46,560 nt of DNA, from the sequence record SRR22947727_1365. One strand, given 5' to 3'. The notes beneath the pieces are model-generated. The model did no database searches, was not told the DNA's origin, and was given only the letters and a program-made list of their open reading frames with translations. Numbering within the stretch: position 1 is the first letter of the stretch; the number at the start of each line of letters is the position of its first letter. Shown here piece after piece: positions 35,611 through 45,757 of the stretch. Position numbers and translations under genes: made by a program.

Positions 35611-36181
35611 AGATTCTTTACTAAAGAAAGAGTTTAAAGAAGCAGATGTAAAGAGAGTAAGAAACTTAGTTAATAAGGACTTTACTTCCAGCATAAAGCA
35701 ACAAACTGGTTATACTAAGATAAAAGGTAGGTATAAAGAAGGTGATGTATGGGAAGAATCCGGTAAGGAATGGACTATAAAAAACGGTATAAAGCAGAAC
35801 ATCACAAAACTAGACTCAGCTAAAAAAGCAATTAGGTTACCTTTAGCATGCCCTAGATGTAGCAATAGGATGAAGAAGCGGTTAGATAAAAAGATGTATA
35901 AGGTACATGGCTTTTGTTTTGACTGTGTTGTTGACTTTGAGGCTAATCTAAAGCAAGCAGGACTATATGAAGATTACGAGAAGAAAATGATGTCCGGTAA
36001 CATAAAAGAATTCATTGTTGACATAGAAGCCTGGGTAACAGAATCACTTCAAGATAAGATTACTATGGTAACGGAAGCAGGTGATAAAGAAAGCTGGGGA
36101 GGAATGTCTGACGTCTATAAGGACAAAATTACCGAAGATCTGCAAAAATATATATCGCGTTTAAGAAAACACGTAATTTAG
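35603..36181 (+). CDS. Hypothetical protein with a CxxC...CxxC zinc site
   Basis: CPRC and CFDC. Confidence 0.8.
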   Translation: MSRDSLLKKEFKEADVKRVRNLVNKDFTSSIKQQTGYTKIKGRYKEGDVWEESGKEWTIKNGIKQNITKLDSAKKAIRLPLACPRCSNRMKKRLDKKMYKVHGFCFDCVVDFEANLKQAGLYEDYEKKMMSGNIKEFIVDIEAWVTESLQDKITMVTEAGDKESWGGMSDVYKDKITEDLQKYISRLRKHVI

Positions 36182-36184
36182 TTG

Positions 36185-36192
36185 TATTTATA
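36185..36192 (+). promoter_or_regulatory. Late promoter motif TATTTATA
   Basis: Intergenic, before ATG 36226. Confidence 0.6.
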
Positions 36193-36225
36193 AGTAATAG
36201 TAAACAAGGATTAGAATTACCAACT

Positions 36226-36582
36226 ATGACTCAAAAGGAAACATTAGACGCCGTATTAGGTGAATTGCGATTCATCAAAAAGCATATGCCTAACGGCGAG
36301 ATGAAAATCATCCAAAAAGATCTTGAAGCTCTTAAGGAAGATGTATCAGATTTAAAATATACATTACTGAACCCAGAAGCTGGAGTAATTGTAAATACGA
36401 ACAAGAATACAGAATATATCACTGAAATGAAAGCAGGTAAAGAAAAATTTACTGATCAAATGCTTGAATTAGAGGATATTAAAAGGTGGAAAGCAGGAGT
36501 ATCTAAAGCACTTTGGATTATATTCGGTACTTTAGCAGCTATTGTAATTAGGATGTTAATAATGCATTCAGAAAAAGGATAG
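36226..36582 (+). CDS. Coiled-coil protein with C-terminal TM helix
   Basis: ALWIIFGTLAAIVIRMLI at the C-terminus; XhlA/holin-like layout. Confidence 0.7.
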   Translation: MTQKETLDAVLGELRFIKKHMPNGEMKIIQKDLEALKEDVSDLKYTLLNPEAGVIVNTNKNTEYITEMKAGKEKFTDQMLELEDIKRWKAGVSKALWIIFGTLAAIVIRMLIMHSEKG

Positions 36583-36587
36583 TAGTA

Positions 36588-36905
36588 ATGAAAAACTTTA
36601 TACAAGCACTTAAAGAACTTCAAGAAGAAAAACCAGGTCTATGGGCTAACATTAGAGCTAAAAGAGCTAGAGGTGAAAAACCTTCTCATAAAAACTCTAA
36701 TGCACATAAAGATGCAGTTAAGGCCGGTAAGAAGATTAATAAGTCTGAAGGTACAGCTAAATCAGCAGGAGAGTTAAAATCACATATCGAAGCATTATCA
36801 AAAGCTAGAGCTCAAGCAGCATCCAAAGGTCAAACTACTCTAATAATTTCTTATCATAAAGAGATATCTAAAGCACAAAAGCAACTAAAAAAGTTAACAC
36901 CATAA
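36588..36905 (+). CDS. Small basic hypothetical protein
   Basis: 105 aa; GLWANIRAKRARGEKP motif. Confidence 0.75.
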   Translation: MKNFIQALKELQEEKPGLWANIRAKRARGEKPSHKNSNAHKDAVKAGKKINKSEGTAKSAGELKSHIEALSKARAQAASKGQTTLIISYHKEISKAQKQLKKLTP

Positions 36906-36908
36906 TCA

Positions 36909-37100
36909 ATGCCTGCGAAATTAAAACCATCGGTTAAACAATACGTTAAAGATGCTAATGGCAGAATGACTAGTAGATTTGCATGGAAACATTATACACC
37001 ATCAGCTACCTCTACAGAAGAGTTAAAAAAATTACTAGTTAGCCCGAGTTATAAAAAGAAGAAGAATATCATCTTAAGAGAATTAGCTAAAAGAAAATGA
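36909..37100 (+). CDS. Small basic hypothetical protein
   Basis: 63 aa, tightly packed in the operon. Confidence 0.7.
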   Translation: MPAKLKPSVKQYVKDANGRMTSRFAWKHYTPSATSTEELKKLLVSPSYKKKKNIILRELAKRK

Positions 37101-37318
37101 CAAGATTAACACTAGCACAAATGATCGGAGAGATACTTGCTACCGAAAACTTCAGAGATGGAAAGAAGAAAGGTAAGTCAAGACCAGGTCGTGTAAAAAA
37201 GTCTGGTGCTAGTTGTAATGGTTCTGTTACTGACCTTCGTAGAAAGGCTAAGAATGCATCAGGTGAAAAAGCTAAGATGTATCATTGGTGTGCTAATATG
37301 AAAGGCGGTAAAAAATGA
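37097..37318 (+). CDS. Small basic hypothetical protein
   Basis: 73 aa; ENF.DGKKKGKSRPGRVK.SGASC..SVT.LR; ATGA overlaps on both sides. Confidence 0.75.
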   Translation: MTRLTLAQMIGEILATENFRDGKKKGKSRPGRVKKSGASCNGSVTDLRRKAKNASGEKAKMYHWCANMKGGKK

Positions 37319-37944
37319 TATTGACAAATTCAAAACTACGTAGCGAACCTAATTTTCTAGATCCTATTGAGGATGTAGAGATACTAAGAGATACAACTTG
37401 CGTAGATTTATTTGATCAAAACGGATATCATTTAACAAAAGCTGAACAAGCTTTCTTATCTCGCAACGGCTATTCTCCTATTGAAAGAAGACATGAAGAT
37501 TGTCTAAGACATGATTGGTTAGTATGGGATAAAAAAGACGGAGCTCATATAAACCACTCAGACTTATTTGAAAGAAAAGGTTTTGCAGACCAGGCTTTAG
37601 AGCAATTATACGTACATGCAGAAGAATATAATCCTATGCTGTATAAACTAATTAAAATGAAACCTAAATGGGGAATAGATATATCAATAGATTACATTTC
37701 TCCAGATGCTGTATTTGAAGTCTTCCATTATGAATGGGATGCTTTTGAATATGATGCAGTAATAGAAAAGAAATTAGAAATCGAGCAATTCGTTCTTAAT
37801 CAAGATTGGGATGATATTGCTATTAAATTATGGAAAATAAAAGACCAATGGATTAACTTAGATTTTTTTAATCAAACTCAATGGCGCACTAACTACTTTG
37901 GATTATCTCCTGAGAAGTTCAAGAACGTTATTTGGGAGAGTTAG
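37315..37944 (+). CDS. Hypothetical protein
   Basis: 209-aa ORF. Confidence 0.8.
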   Translation: MILTNSKLRSEPNFLDPIEDVEILRDTTCVDLFDQNGYHLTKAEQAFLSRNGYSPIERRHEDCLRHDWLVWDKKDGAHINHSDLFERKGFADQALEQLYVHAEEYNPMLYKLIKMKPKWGIDISIDYISPDAVFEVFHYEWDAFEYDAVIEKKLEIEQFVLNQDWDDIAIKLWKIKDQWINLDFFNQTQWRTNYFGLSPEKFKNVIWES

Positions 37945-37946
37945 TC

Positions 37947-37954
37947 TATTTATA
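37947..37954 (+). promoter_or_regulatory. Late promoter motif TATTTATA
   Basis: Intergenic, before ATG 37986. Confidence 0.65.
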
Positions 37955-37985
37955 CTTATATACGTATATATAACAACCGCTCATT

Positions 37986-40900
37986 ATGACTTACAATGAA
38001 ATTAAACGCCGTCTAATTAAGTGTGAGAAGACATTAGCTCTTTTTCAAGCAAAGGACTTATCTAATTCAACACCACAGGAAAGACAACAAGCTCAAAAGA
38101 ATATTATCTCTGTTAATGAATCTATAGTTAAGTACAAAAAGATTCTTAAAGAAGAGAGTAAAACCTATATTCTCACCCCTAAATCAGGACAAACCTCAGC
38201 AGCATCATTATCTGATGATGAAGTAGATGCTCTAAAAGATGCAGATGATATTAAAGGTATCAAGTCTGCTGACGGAGAAGAAATAAAAGAGAGGTTAAAC
38301 AAGAACAGCGGAGTAGAATTTTCAGTTGAAGAAACAAAGTCGATTGCAAAGCAAGTAGGTAAAGCAGTAGCTATGTCTCTAAAAGCAGTAGGCGATGCTG
38401 TAAGATCTATGAGAGCTACTCATATAGAAGAAAATTCATTTGATATTGAAGTAGATTATAAAAACGGTTCAGATGATGCATTTTCTTTTCATATTATAGA
38501 CGATACATTACATTTAGCTGATTTTAGTTTCGATAAAGAACTAGTAGATGTAGGAGTTAAACCTTCAGGAGAAGCTATAGTTAATGTAGACGTATTATCT
38601 AACGAATTACAAAAACACTTCAAATCTTTAAATGAGAAGCTTAGCTATAACGGTAGAGAGTTTAGTCATGAAGAAGAAGATAGATTAGATTTAATTGCTC
38701 ACAGAGTATTTAAAAATGATTTTAGTAAGTTATCTGATGAAGATAAAGCTAAGGTATTTGCTTCTAGAAGTAAAGTAGGAGTTGAAGAAAGCGACGTTAA
38801 AGAATCATATACAAAAGAAAAATTATTAGCTTATCTAGGTCAAGCAGACGATGCTATGATTAGAACTTATGATGATAAGTATTTAATTATATATAATCCA
38901 AAGAATGGTAACGACGATAATGCTGCAATGTGGCATGACGATACTGTATTTGGAGTAGATCAGGATGGAGAAGAACATGAAGTAAGGTATAATCAAATAG
39001 ATGGCTTTCAATTAGAAGGTTATGACCCAGATCAAGAACAGAAAGATGATGAAGAAGATCATGGAGTAGGTTACGACGACGAAGGACGTCCATTAGGTGA
39101 AGGTGAAGGAGACGACCACCACTACTTAAAGGTATCTAGAAGAGATTATAAAAAGACAATGTCTATTCTAGATAATAATGTAGATCCAACTTACGTAAAA
39201 ACAGAAGTAGTAGACGACGACGGAGCAGGAAACGTAATTATCTACTTTATATTCAGACATGAATACGGATTCGACGATATGTACGACGATCCAGAAGGAA
39301 AAGAAAACCCAGAATTTTATCAAGAACCAGACGAAGATCCAAATGCATTTATGTACGATGTAGTAATGGATTTACGAGCTAACGATATTACTGTAGTAGA
39401 TTCTTCTGCTGAGATGGATGAAGCAACTGATATCAATGACCCAGTTCTTATGAAGATGAGAGTCGCTAAAAAGAGAAATGCTGATCTTAAGAAAGTAGAT
39501 CAAATGCACGCTCGTGATAGAAAAGATCAAAGAATAAACGGTAAGAAGAGACTCTTAATTAAACAGCTTAAAGATAAGAGAGCTGAGATAGAAAGAGAGA
39601 TGGAGAATGATCCAGAAATAGAAACAACCGGAGGACCAGTAGCTGATAGGTATGGTGATATGTTAAATAAGATTGACAACGCTATTGAAAAAGCAGCAGG
39701 TAGAATCAAGCCTTTAGACTACGATACAGCAGTAGGTAAGGTAAATGAAGAAGAAGGACACTTAGTTACTTTCGGATACGATTTAGATATGATACAACAA
39801 GTAGTTGATCATTTACAGAATAAATATAAAGAAGGAGATGATTTCGAACTTCATGTAGGTAGAGGAGATACTCATCCTAACGCAGTAACTTTAAAGAATC
39901 CAGCATTAGAAAAGGATTATGATTTAAACGATATGTTGAACGCAGCACAAAGTGACGAGGATCGATATGATGCTTATACAGACGGTGAAGATACCGATTA
40001 CGCTAAACGTAGAAAAGAAGGAGATGACTATTACGAAGATCCAGACTACTATAGAGAATCAAAACAACACCCTTCAAAAGGAGATAGAGGAGGAGCTAAA
40101 AAGATACAGAAAGCATATGATTTAGTAATCACTATGATGAAAGATCTTGCTAAGAAGTATAAAGCAGGAGATAAATCAGTTGTTGATCAACTTAAAACTC
40201 TTACTATCACTAAAAAGAAATTAGAAAAACAATTAGATACAGCAGTAGCAGGTACTAATATGGATCAAGATTTAGACGAAAAGAAGATAAATGAGTATGC
40301 TTCTAGAGATTTAGATGAAATATTTGGAGCATTAGGATACAGACAAGGCTTTGACGAGTTTATAGAAGATAATCCTGGATGTGTAGAAGTAATAATGGAA
40401 TGGATAGGAAGCATCAGCGACTTTCAACGTAAGCTTTCAGATGAATACTCTAAAGAAGAGTTAGAAAACTTAGGATTCTATTATGGAGATGATGACGATG
40501 AGTATAACGAATCACTTGCCGAATCCCTCAACCCAGAAGTATCAAATAAAGTAGCTCAGTTTATTAAGGCAATGGCTAAACGATACGATTACAGCGAACA
40601 AGATGCTGTATATGCTATCATGGCTGCTTTAAAACAAAGAGATTTTGATGGAGTAAATGAGAAAGATTCTTACAAAGGCAAACATCAAGGCTCTAACTAC
40701 AAATGGCCAATGTCAAAGGCAACTAAAGATAGAAAAGAAGCAGATAAGAAAAAAACTGTTAAAGAAGAAATGGATGGTGGTCGATTATTTGATTACTTTG
40801 CTAATAAAGGATATAAAATAACAGAACGCAGACCAGATGGCTATCCAAAAAAAGAAGGAGTAGAAGGATACCAAGTAAGTAGAGGTAATGATAGATCCCC

Positions 40901-41993
40901 GCAATCAGTAATATTCCAACACAACCCATCCACTGACCAGTTTACAATTAGTCAAATGAGTGGTTATAGAATTGATCAAAAAGATGCTATTAAAGCTGGA
41001 ATGAGAAAACAAGGACAATCGTATACTGTTGGTCAGGATTATTATATGACAGACGGAAACTATAACCCAGTAGATATTTCAGCTGAAGGTTTAAAAGATA
41101 TAGTTGATCATGTAATGACTGGTTTAGATAGAGAAGCTAAAGCACAAGGTGACTTCTATAAAGGTAGAGGACATACTTCCGGTACTATTGACGAACAATT
41201 TAAAGTAGGTCAAAGCGTAACTTACCTAGGACATCCAGCTAAAATTACTTTAGTTGATAAAGATGTTATGGGTAGAGTTTACTATAATGTATCATATAAT
41301 AAAGGCAATGGAGCCACTAAAGTAACAAACCTCTATAATAAAGGTGGTGAAATAAAAGAGCAATCCTGTAAAGTAGGAGACATTCTAACTAAAGATGGCA
41401 AGAAAGGAAAAGTAATTAAGCATTCTGAAACACAAGCTACTGTAGACTTTGGAAACGGAGATGTATACGGTATAGCACATAGTAGAATCAAAAACGGTAA
41501 GATATTAAAAGAAGCTACCAGACAAGATTTAGGAATGTCTTCCTCAGTATCAAAACGTAGAGCAAAAGCAGAGCTAAAGAAACCTGGAAATGATGGTTCT
41601 AAAGTATACGGATTAGACAAAGACGGTAAGAGAGTTCATATTAAGAGTATCAATGACGTAGATAAATTTAAGAAGTTTGAATTAGATGCTGATATAAACG
41701 AAGGTAAAGGAGGTCAAATCATGCCTGGAGACTATGTTAAAAACCAACACGGTAATGTCTACCTAAGAGTAGATGGAAAGGTTGGTAGACATGATGCTTA
41801 CGTTAGAGTTACTAACGGTAAACCCGGTAAAAAGAAAACTGGTTTACATGACTCTTTTAAATTAACATTAGTTAATAAGGACGAATTAAATGAAGGAGCA
41901 ACATGCTGCGGAAGATGTGGTAGAGTTCATGTTAAAGGTAGTGGATGCAAAACTCCTTACTTAAAAGGTAAAGATCACTGTAGAAATAAATAA
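37986..41993 (+). CDS. Very large charged modular protein (putative internal head polyprotein)
   Basis: 1335 aa, D/E/K-rich mosaic of short modules separated by (L/I/V)xE motifs; C-terminal CCGRCGRVH. Confidence 0.75.
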   Translation: MTYNEIKRRLIKCEKTLALFQAKDLSNSTPQERQQAQKNIISVNESIVKYKKILKEESKTYILTPKSGQTSAASLSDDEVDALKDADDIKGIKSADGEEIKERLNKNSGVEFSVEETKSIAKQVGKAVAMSLKAVGDAVRSMRATHIEENSFDIEVDYKNGSDDAFSFHIIDDTLHLADFSFDKELVDVGVKPSGEAIVNVDVLSNELQKHFKSLNEKLSYNGREFSHEEEDRLDLIAHRVFKNDFSKLSDEDKAKVFASRSKVGVEESDVKESYTKEKLLAYLGQADDAMIRTYDDKYLIIYNPKNGNDDNAAMWHDDTVFGVDQDGEEHEVRYNQIDGFQLEGYDPDQEQKDDEEDHGVGYDDEGRPLGEGEGDDHHYLKVSRRDYKKTMSILDNNVDPTYVKTEVVDDDGAGNVIIYFIFRHEYGFDDMYDDPEGKENPEFYQEPDEDPNAFMYDVVMDLRANDITVVDSSAEMDEATDINDPVLMKMRVAKKRNADLKKVDQMHARDRKDQRINGKKRLLIKQLKDKRAEIEREMENDPEIETTGGPVADRYGDMLNKIDNAIEKAAGRIKPLDYDTAVGKVNEEEGHLVTFGYDLDMIQQVVDHLQNKYKEGDDFELHVGRGDTHPNAVTLKNPALEKDYDLNDMLNAAQSDEDRYDAYTDGEDTDYAKRRKEGDDYYEDPDYYRESKQHPSKGDRGGAKKIQKAYDLVITMMKDLAKKYKAGDKSVVDQLKTLTITKKKLEKQLDTAVAGTNMDQDLDEKKINEYASRDLDEIFGALGYRQGFDEFIEDNPGCVEVIMEWIGSISDFQRKLSDEYSKEELENLGFYYGDDDDEYNESLAESLNPEVSNKVAQFIKAMAKRYDYSEQDAVYAIMAALKQRDFDGVNEKDSYKGKHQGSNYKWPMSKATKDRKEADKKKTVKEEMDGGRLFDYFANKGYKITERRPDGYPKKEGVEGYQVSRGNDRSPQSVIFQHNPSTDQFTISQMSGYRIDQKDAIKAGMRKQGQSYTVGQDYYMTDGNYNPVDISAEGLKDIVDHVMTGLDREAKAQGDFYKGRGHTSGTIDEQFKVGQSVTYLGHPAKITLVDKDVMGRVYYNVSYNKGNGATKVTNLYNKGGEIKEQSCKVGDILTKDGKKGKVIKHSETQATVDFGNGDVYGIAHSRIKNGKILKEATRQDLGMSSSVSKRRAKAELKKPGNDGSKVYGLDKDGKRVHIKSINDVDKFKKFELDADINEGKGGQIMPGDYVKNQHGNVYLRVDGKVGRHDAYVRVTNGKPGKKKTGLHDSFKLTLVNKDELNEGATCCGRCGRVHVKGSGCKTPYLKGKDHCRNK

Positions 41994-41996
41994 CAT

Positions 41997-43097
41997 ATGC
42001 ACAAGTTAGAAAAACTTATATTAGAGGCTTATTCTGAAGTAGTAGACGAAATGTCTATGAATCAGATTGAAAAGGAAGGCGGTACTAAATCTTTTCGTGA
42101 TCTTACTCCTGCACAGCAGAAAGGAATCATTGCTAGATACGGTGAACCTATGTTTGACGGTAAACATGATTTCTTAAGTAGCGATATGGAAACCTATTTT
42201 AAAACATACAGCAAGAATGATAACACAGGACAAATAGGACATAAAGTAATTAAATTACCTTCTTTCGCTTCTCTTTATCAAGGATACTCTAACATTATAA
42301 AAGATATTCAAAAGCTGATGGGATCTGATGATATTAGAAAAGACCAGGCAGCTAGAGAACTATTTGAGTTAATTAAAACTAACTTTAGAAAAATACAAAG
42401 GTACCTTAGAACAGAAAGACCAGAACAATATAGTTTACTTAAACTACAAAGAATGAGTGAGCTAATGAATAATAAATTAGCCGAATATAAAACATCTCTA
42501 AGTTTAAATGAATCGTTAATTGATTCTTTAAACGAAGAAGAACCAACACCAGAAGAAGAACCAGATACTGCTGCTCCACCGGAGACAGTATTAGAAGACG
42601 CTACTGATGAAATCCTGGGAAAGTTCCCAACATTAAAAAAAGCAATTGTTAAGTTACAAACCGGACAGTTTAAGGAGTTCGTTGAAAGCATCGACTGGAT
42701 CTCACCGAGGCCATCGTCTTTCAGGGTGAACATTAAAAACGGACAATCCTATATCCTTAAATGGACAGGAACTGGGTTTGAAGCACAAATACTTGGTAAA
42801 CGTTACTATATCGATAAGATAGACGAATATCAACAAGCTTTAGATAAGTTGGCTAGACTTTACAAAGAAGGTCCTATGAGCGGGGCTGGAGAAGGAGAGC
42901 CCGCTGATACTGATTCCGGAAGCGGAGGAGGTGGAGGCGGTGACTTCCCGGGTGGAGAAGGCGGAGCCGAAGGCGGTGAAGAAGGTGGAGCTGATATAGA
43001 CGCTTTAGGTGGAGATGATGCCGGAGGAGAAGAAGGCGGAGCTGATTTAGGTGGAGAAACTATTGACTTCGAAGACGGAGAAGAACCAGAAGCATAA
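41997..43097 (+). CDS. Hypothetical protein with Gly/Glu-rich acidic tail
   Basis: 366 aa; C-terminal GGEEGG low-complexity region. Confidence 0.8.
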   Translation: MHKLEKLILEAYSEVVDEMSMNQIEKEGGTKSFRDLTPAQQKGIIARYGEPMFDGKHDFLSSDMETYFKTYSKNDNTGQIGHKVIKLPSFASLYQGYSNIIKDIQKLMGSDDIRKDQAARELFELIKTNFRKIQRYLRTERPEQYSLLKLQRMSELMNNKLAEYKTSLSLNESLIDSLNEEEPTPEEEPDTAAPPETVLEDATDEILGKFPTLKKAIVKLQTGQFKEFVESIDWISPRPSSFRVNIKNGQSYILKWTGTGFEAQILGKRYYIDKIDEYQQALDKLARLYKEGPMSGAGEGEPADTDSGSGGGGGGDFPGGEGGAEGGEEGGADIDALGGDDAGGEEGGADLGGETIDFEDGEEPEA

Positions 43098-44176
43098 TGA
43101 ACGTAACAGAAAAACTATACAGAGAATGGGCATGGAGATCTAAAACAGGTACTCCATCAATAGATAATGCCGATGATAAGAGAGTTTTAGATAGATTAAT
43201 ATCAGAACTTACAACCAACGCAGATGGAGAGATATCTAAAAAAGAAGTAATAGCAGCAATACAAAGCGGTGAATTTACTGGTCAACAGCTTAAACAGATA
43301 CTTAATGGTATTTCTGGAGTTGCTTATAAAGACGACATATTAGAATTTTTAAACAATAAAGGTAAATCAGTAGCAGGTATATCTAAGTCTATATACAATA
43401 CAATGGTAGAAAACGGAGACGTACAAGCATACCATAAGTATATTACAGGATCACCTATCACCTATGATCAATTAGGTACCGGAGGTAACCTTAAAGAAAA
43501 ATTTAAAAAGCTATTCTCAGATGCTACCATACAGTATCTATTCGATATTAAACCTCAAGTAGGAAACGTAGCAACAGGTAAAGGAGAAGTACTTTTATGT
43601 GCATTAACAGCAGATGTTAACGGAGATACACCTCATGGAGATGTTGGAGTTGGAAATAAAGGAATTGAAGTAAAAGGAAAATCTGCTATTCCAATGGGTC
43701 AAAAAGCTCAATTTGGAAAGAATACAGATAGAAAATTTATTGAAGATGCAATCAAAGGAATTAATCAGATTTTAGATACTCCTATCAACACACAAACTAA
43801 AGGAAAAAGACCATTACATAGACTAAATTTAATTTTTGCTGATGTAATAGAGCAAGATAGGGATAAACTAGAAGGAGCAATAGGTGCAGCAGATAATGCA
43901 TTTAGAGCTAACTACCCTGGGCTAGACTTTTCAGACTTTAGTTTAAAAAACTATAAAACAAATAGCGGTATAGATGCCGATGCCGCAGAACAAATGTTCG
44001 GTAAAAAAGTAATTAAGTTATATACGGAGACAGAAGCTTTCGAAGAAGTATTATTTATTGACGATGCAACAGGAAACTATGCTATAGTTCCTTCAGTTAA
44101 ACTAGTAAGTTTGGTTGGCAGTAAAATAAAGATATGGATGAAAGACGGACTTCCTCGTTGGACTTACCAGTTCTAA
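43097..44176 (+). CDS. Putative PD-(D/E)XK / restriction-endonuclease-like protein
   Basis: GKGEVLL...GDV......IEVKG matches E...D...(D/E)xK spacing. Confidence 0.55.
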   Translation: MNVTEKLYREWAWRSKTGTPSIDNADDKRVLDRLISELTTNADGEISKKEVIAAIQSGEFTGQQLKQILNGISGVAYKDDILEFLNNKGKSVAGISKSIYNTMVENGDVQAYHKYITGSPITYDQLGTGGNLKEKFKKLFSDATIQYLFDIKPQVGNVATGKGEVLLCALTADVNGDTPHGDVGVGNKGIEVKGKSAIPMGQKAQFGKNTDRKFIEDAIKGINQILDTPINTQTKGKRPLHRLNLIFADVIEQDRDKLEGAIGAADNAFRANYPGLDFSDFSLKNYKTNSGIDADAAEQMFGKKVIKLYTETEAFEEVLFIDDATGNYAIVPSVKLVSLVGSKIKIWMKDGLPRWTYQF

Positions 44177-44180
44177 AATT

Positions 44181-45755
44181 ATGGCACAAGATATAAAGAA
44201 AATAATAGCACAGGAGTATATTAAGTGTGCTAAAGATCCGGCCTATTTCATGAAGAAGTATTGCTATATACAGCATCCTACTCGTGGCCGTATCTTATTT
44301 AACTTATATCCATTTCAGGGTAAAGTATTACATTTATTTAAAGATCATCAATACCTTATTACTCTTAAGTCTAGACAGCTTGGTATTTCTACTTTAGCTG
44401 CTGCTTATAGTTTATGGTTGATGTTATTTCATAAAGATAAGAACGTATTAGCACTAGCAACTACACAAGCAACTGCACGTAACTTAGTTACAAAGACAAT
44501 GTTTATGTATGATCAGCTACCTAAATGGTTAAAGCTACCTGCAGTTGAGAAAAACAAATTATCACTGAGACTTAAAAATGGATCTAAAATTACAGCGAAA
44601 TCATCTAATGCTGATGCAGCAAGATCCGAAGCGGTATCGCTCTTACTTATTGATGAGGCCGCTTTTATTGATAACATTGACGAAACGTTTGCAGCTGCTC
44701 AACAAACACTAGCTACAGGTGGTCAATGTATGGCTTTATCAACTCCTAATGGAATTGGTAATTGGTTCCATCAAACATGGGAGAAAGCAGAATCAGGAGA
44801 AAATAGCTTTTTACCTATAAGATTACCATGGACAGTACATCCTGAAAGAAATAAAAAATGGAGAGAGCAACAAGATGCTGATTTAGGACCCAAGATGGCT
44901 GGTCAGGAATGTGATTGTGATTTCTTAGCTTCTGGTGATACGGTATTTGAACCGGATGATATGTCTTTTTATGAACAAACTTATCAAAAAGATCCTTTAG
45001 AAAGAAGAGGAGTTGATGGTAATTTTTGGGTATGGGAAGGAGTAGATTATACTAAATCGTATATGGTCGTAGCAGATGTTGCCCGAGGAGATGGAAGAGA
45101 TTATTCTGCTTTTCACATATTTGATATAGAAACTGCTACTCAAGTTGGAGAGTACAAAGGTAAAATAGCTCCAAGAGACTTCGGTAATATGTTAGTAGGA
45201 ATTGCAGCAGAGTATAATGAAGCATTGCTAGTAGTTGAAAATGCTAATATAGGTTGGGCTACCATAGAACAGGTAATGGAACGTGAATATCGTAACTTAT
45301 TCTATAGCGCAACCAATAACATGGAGACAGTAGAAACTTATATGCATAAGTTCGAAAGAGATAAGTTAGTACCAGGCTTTACAATGTCGGCTAGAACTAG
45401 ACCATTAGTGATAGCTAAGATGATAGAGTATATAAGAGATCATTCTGCAACTATACAATCAAAAAGACTTATGTCTGAAATGAGAGTATTTGTTTGGAAA
45501 AACGGAAAAGCACAAGCACAAGATAGGTATAACGATGACCTTATCATTTCATGTGCAACTGCACTATATGTAAGAGATACTGCACTTAGATTAAGACAAC
45601 AAGGAATAGACTTAGCAAGAGCACAGCTATCTTCTTTTACTAATCTTAATGCTAAAAACAAAGCAGTCATTAAATCAGTTGGATCACAACAAAATAATCC
45701 TTATATTATAGATAATGGTCGTACAACAGAAGATATCAGTTGGATATTAAAATAG
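44181..45755 (+). CDS. terL: Terminase large subunit (T4 gp17-like)
   Basis: LYPFQ, KSRQLGIST, LLLIDEAAF, STPNG, QECDCDF, ADVARG.G.DYS, VENAN.G, NDDL. Confidence 0.96.
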   Translation: MAQDIKKIIAQEYIKCAKDPAYFMKKYCYIQHPTRGRILFNLYPFQGKVLHLFKDHQYLITLKSRQLGISTLAAAYSLWLMLFHKDKNVLALATTQATARNLVTKTMFMYDQLPKWLKLPAVEKNKLSLRLKNGSKITAKSSNADAARSEAVSLLLIDEAAFIDNIDETFAAAQQTLATGGQCMALSTPNGIGNWFHQTWEKAESGENSFLPIRLPWTVHPERNKKWREQQDADLGPKMAGQECDCDFLASGDTVFEPDDMSFYEQTYQKDPLERRGVDGNFWVWEGVDYTKSYMVVADVARGDGRDYSAFHIFDIETATQVGEYKGKIAPRDFGNMLVGIAAEYNEALLVVENANIGWATIEQVMEREYRNLFYSATNNMETVETYMHKFERDKLVPGFTMSARTRPLVIAKMIEYIRDHSATIQSKRLMSEMRVFVWKNGKAQAQDRYNDDLIISCATALYVRDTALRLRQQGIDLARAQLSSFTNLNAKNKAVIKSVGSQQNNPYIIDNGRTTEDISWILK

Positions 45756-45757
45756 AC

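Noticed and set aside
42880-43095. GC-rich GGA/GGC repeats
   Set aside because: Explained by Gly/Glu low-complexity coding sequence
5673-45670. Numerous 60-141 aa minus-strand and alternate-frame ORFs in the track (e.g. 6655-6939, 12538-12906, 23048-23350, 42308-42733)
   Set aside because: They lie wholly within well-supported + strand genes, lack motifs and read like antisense shadows
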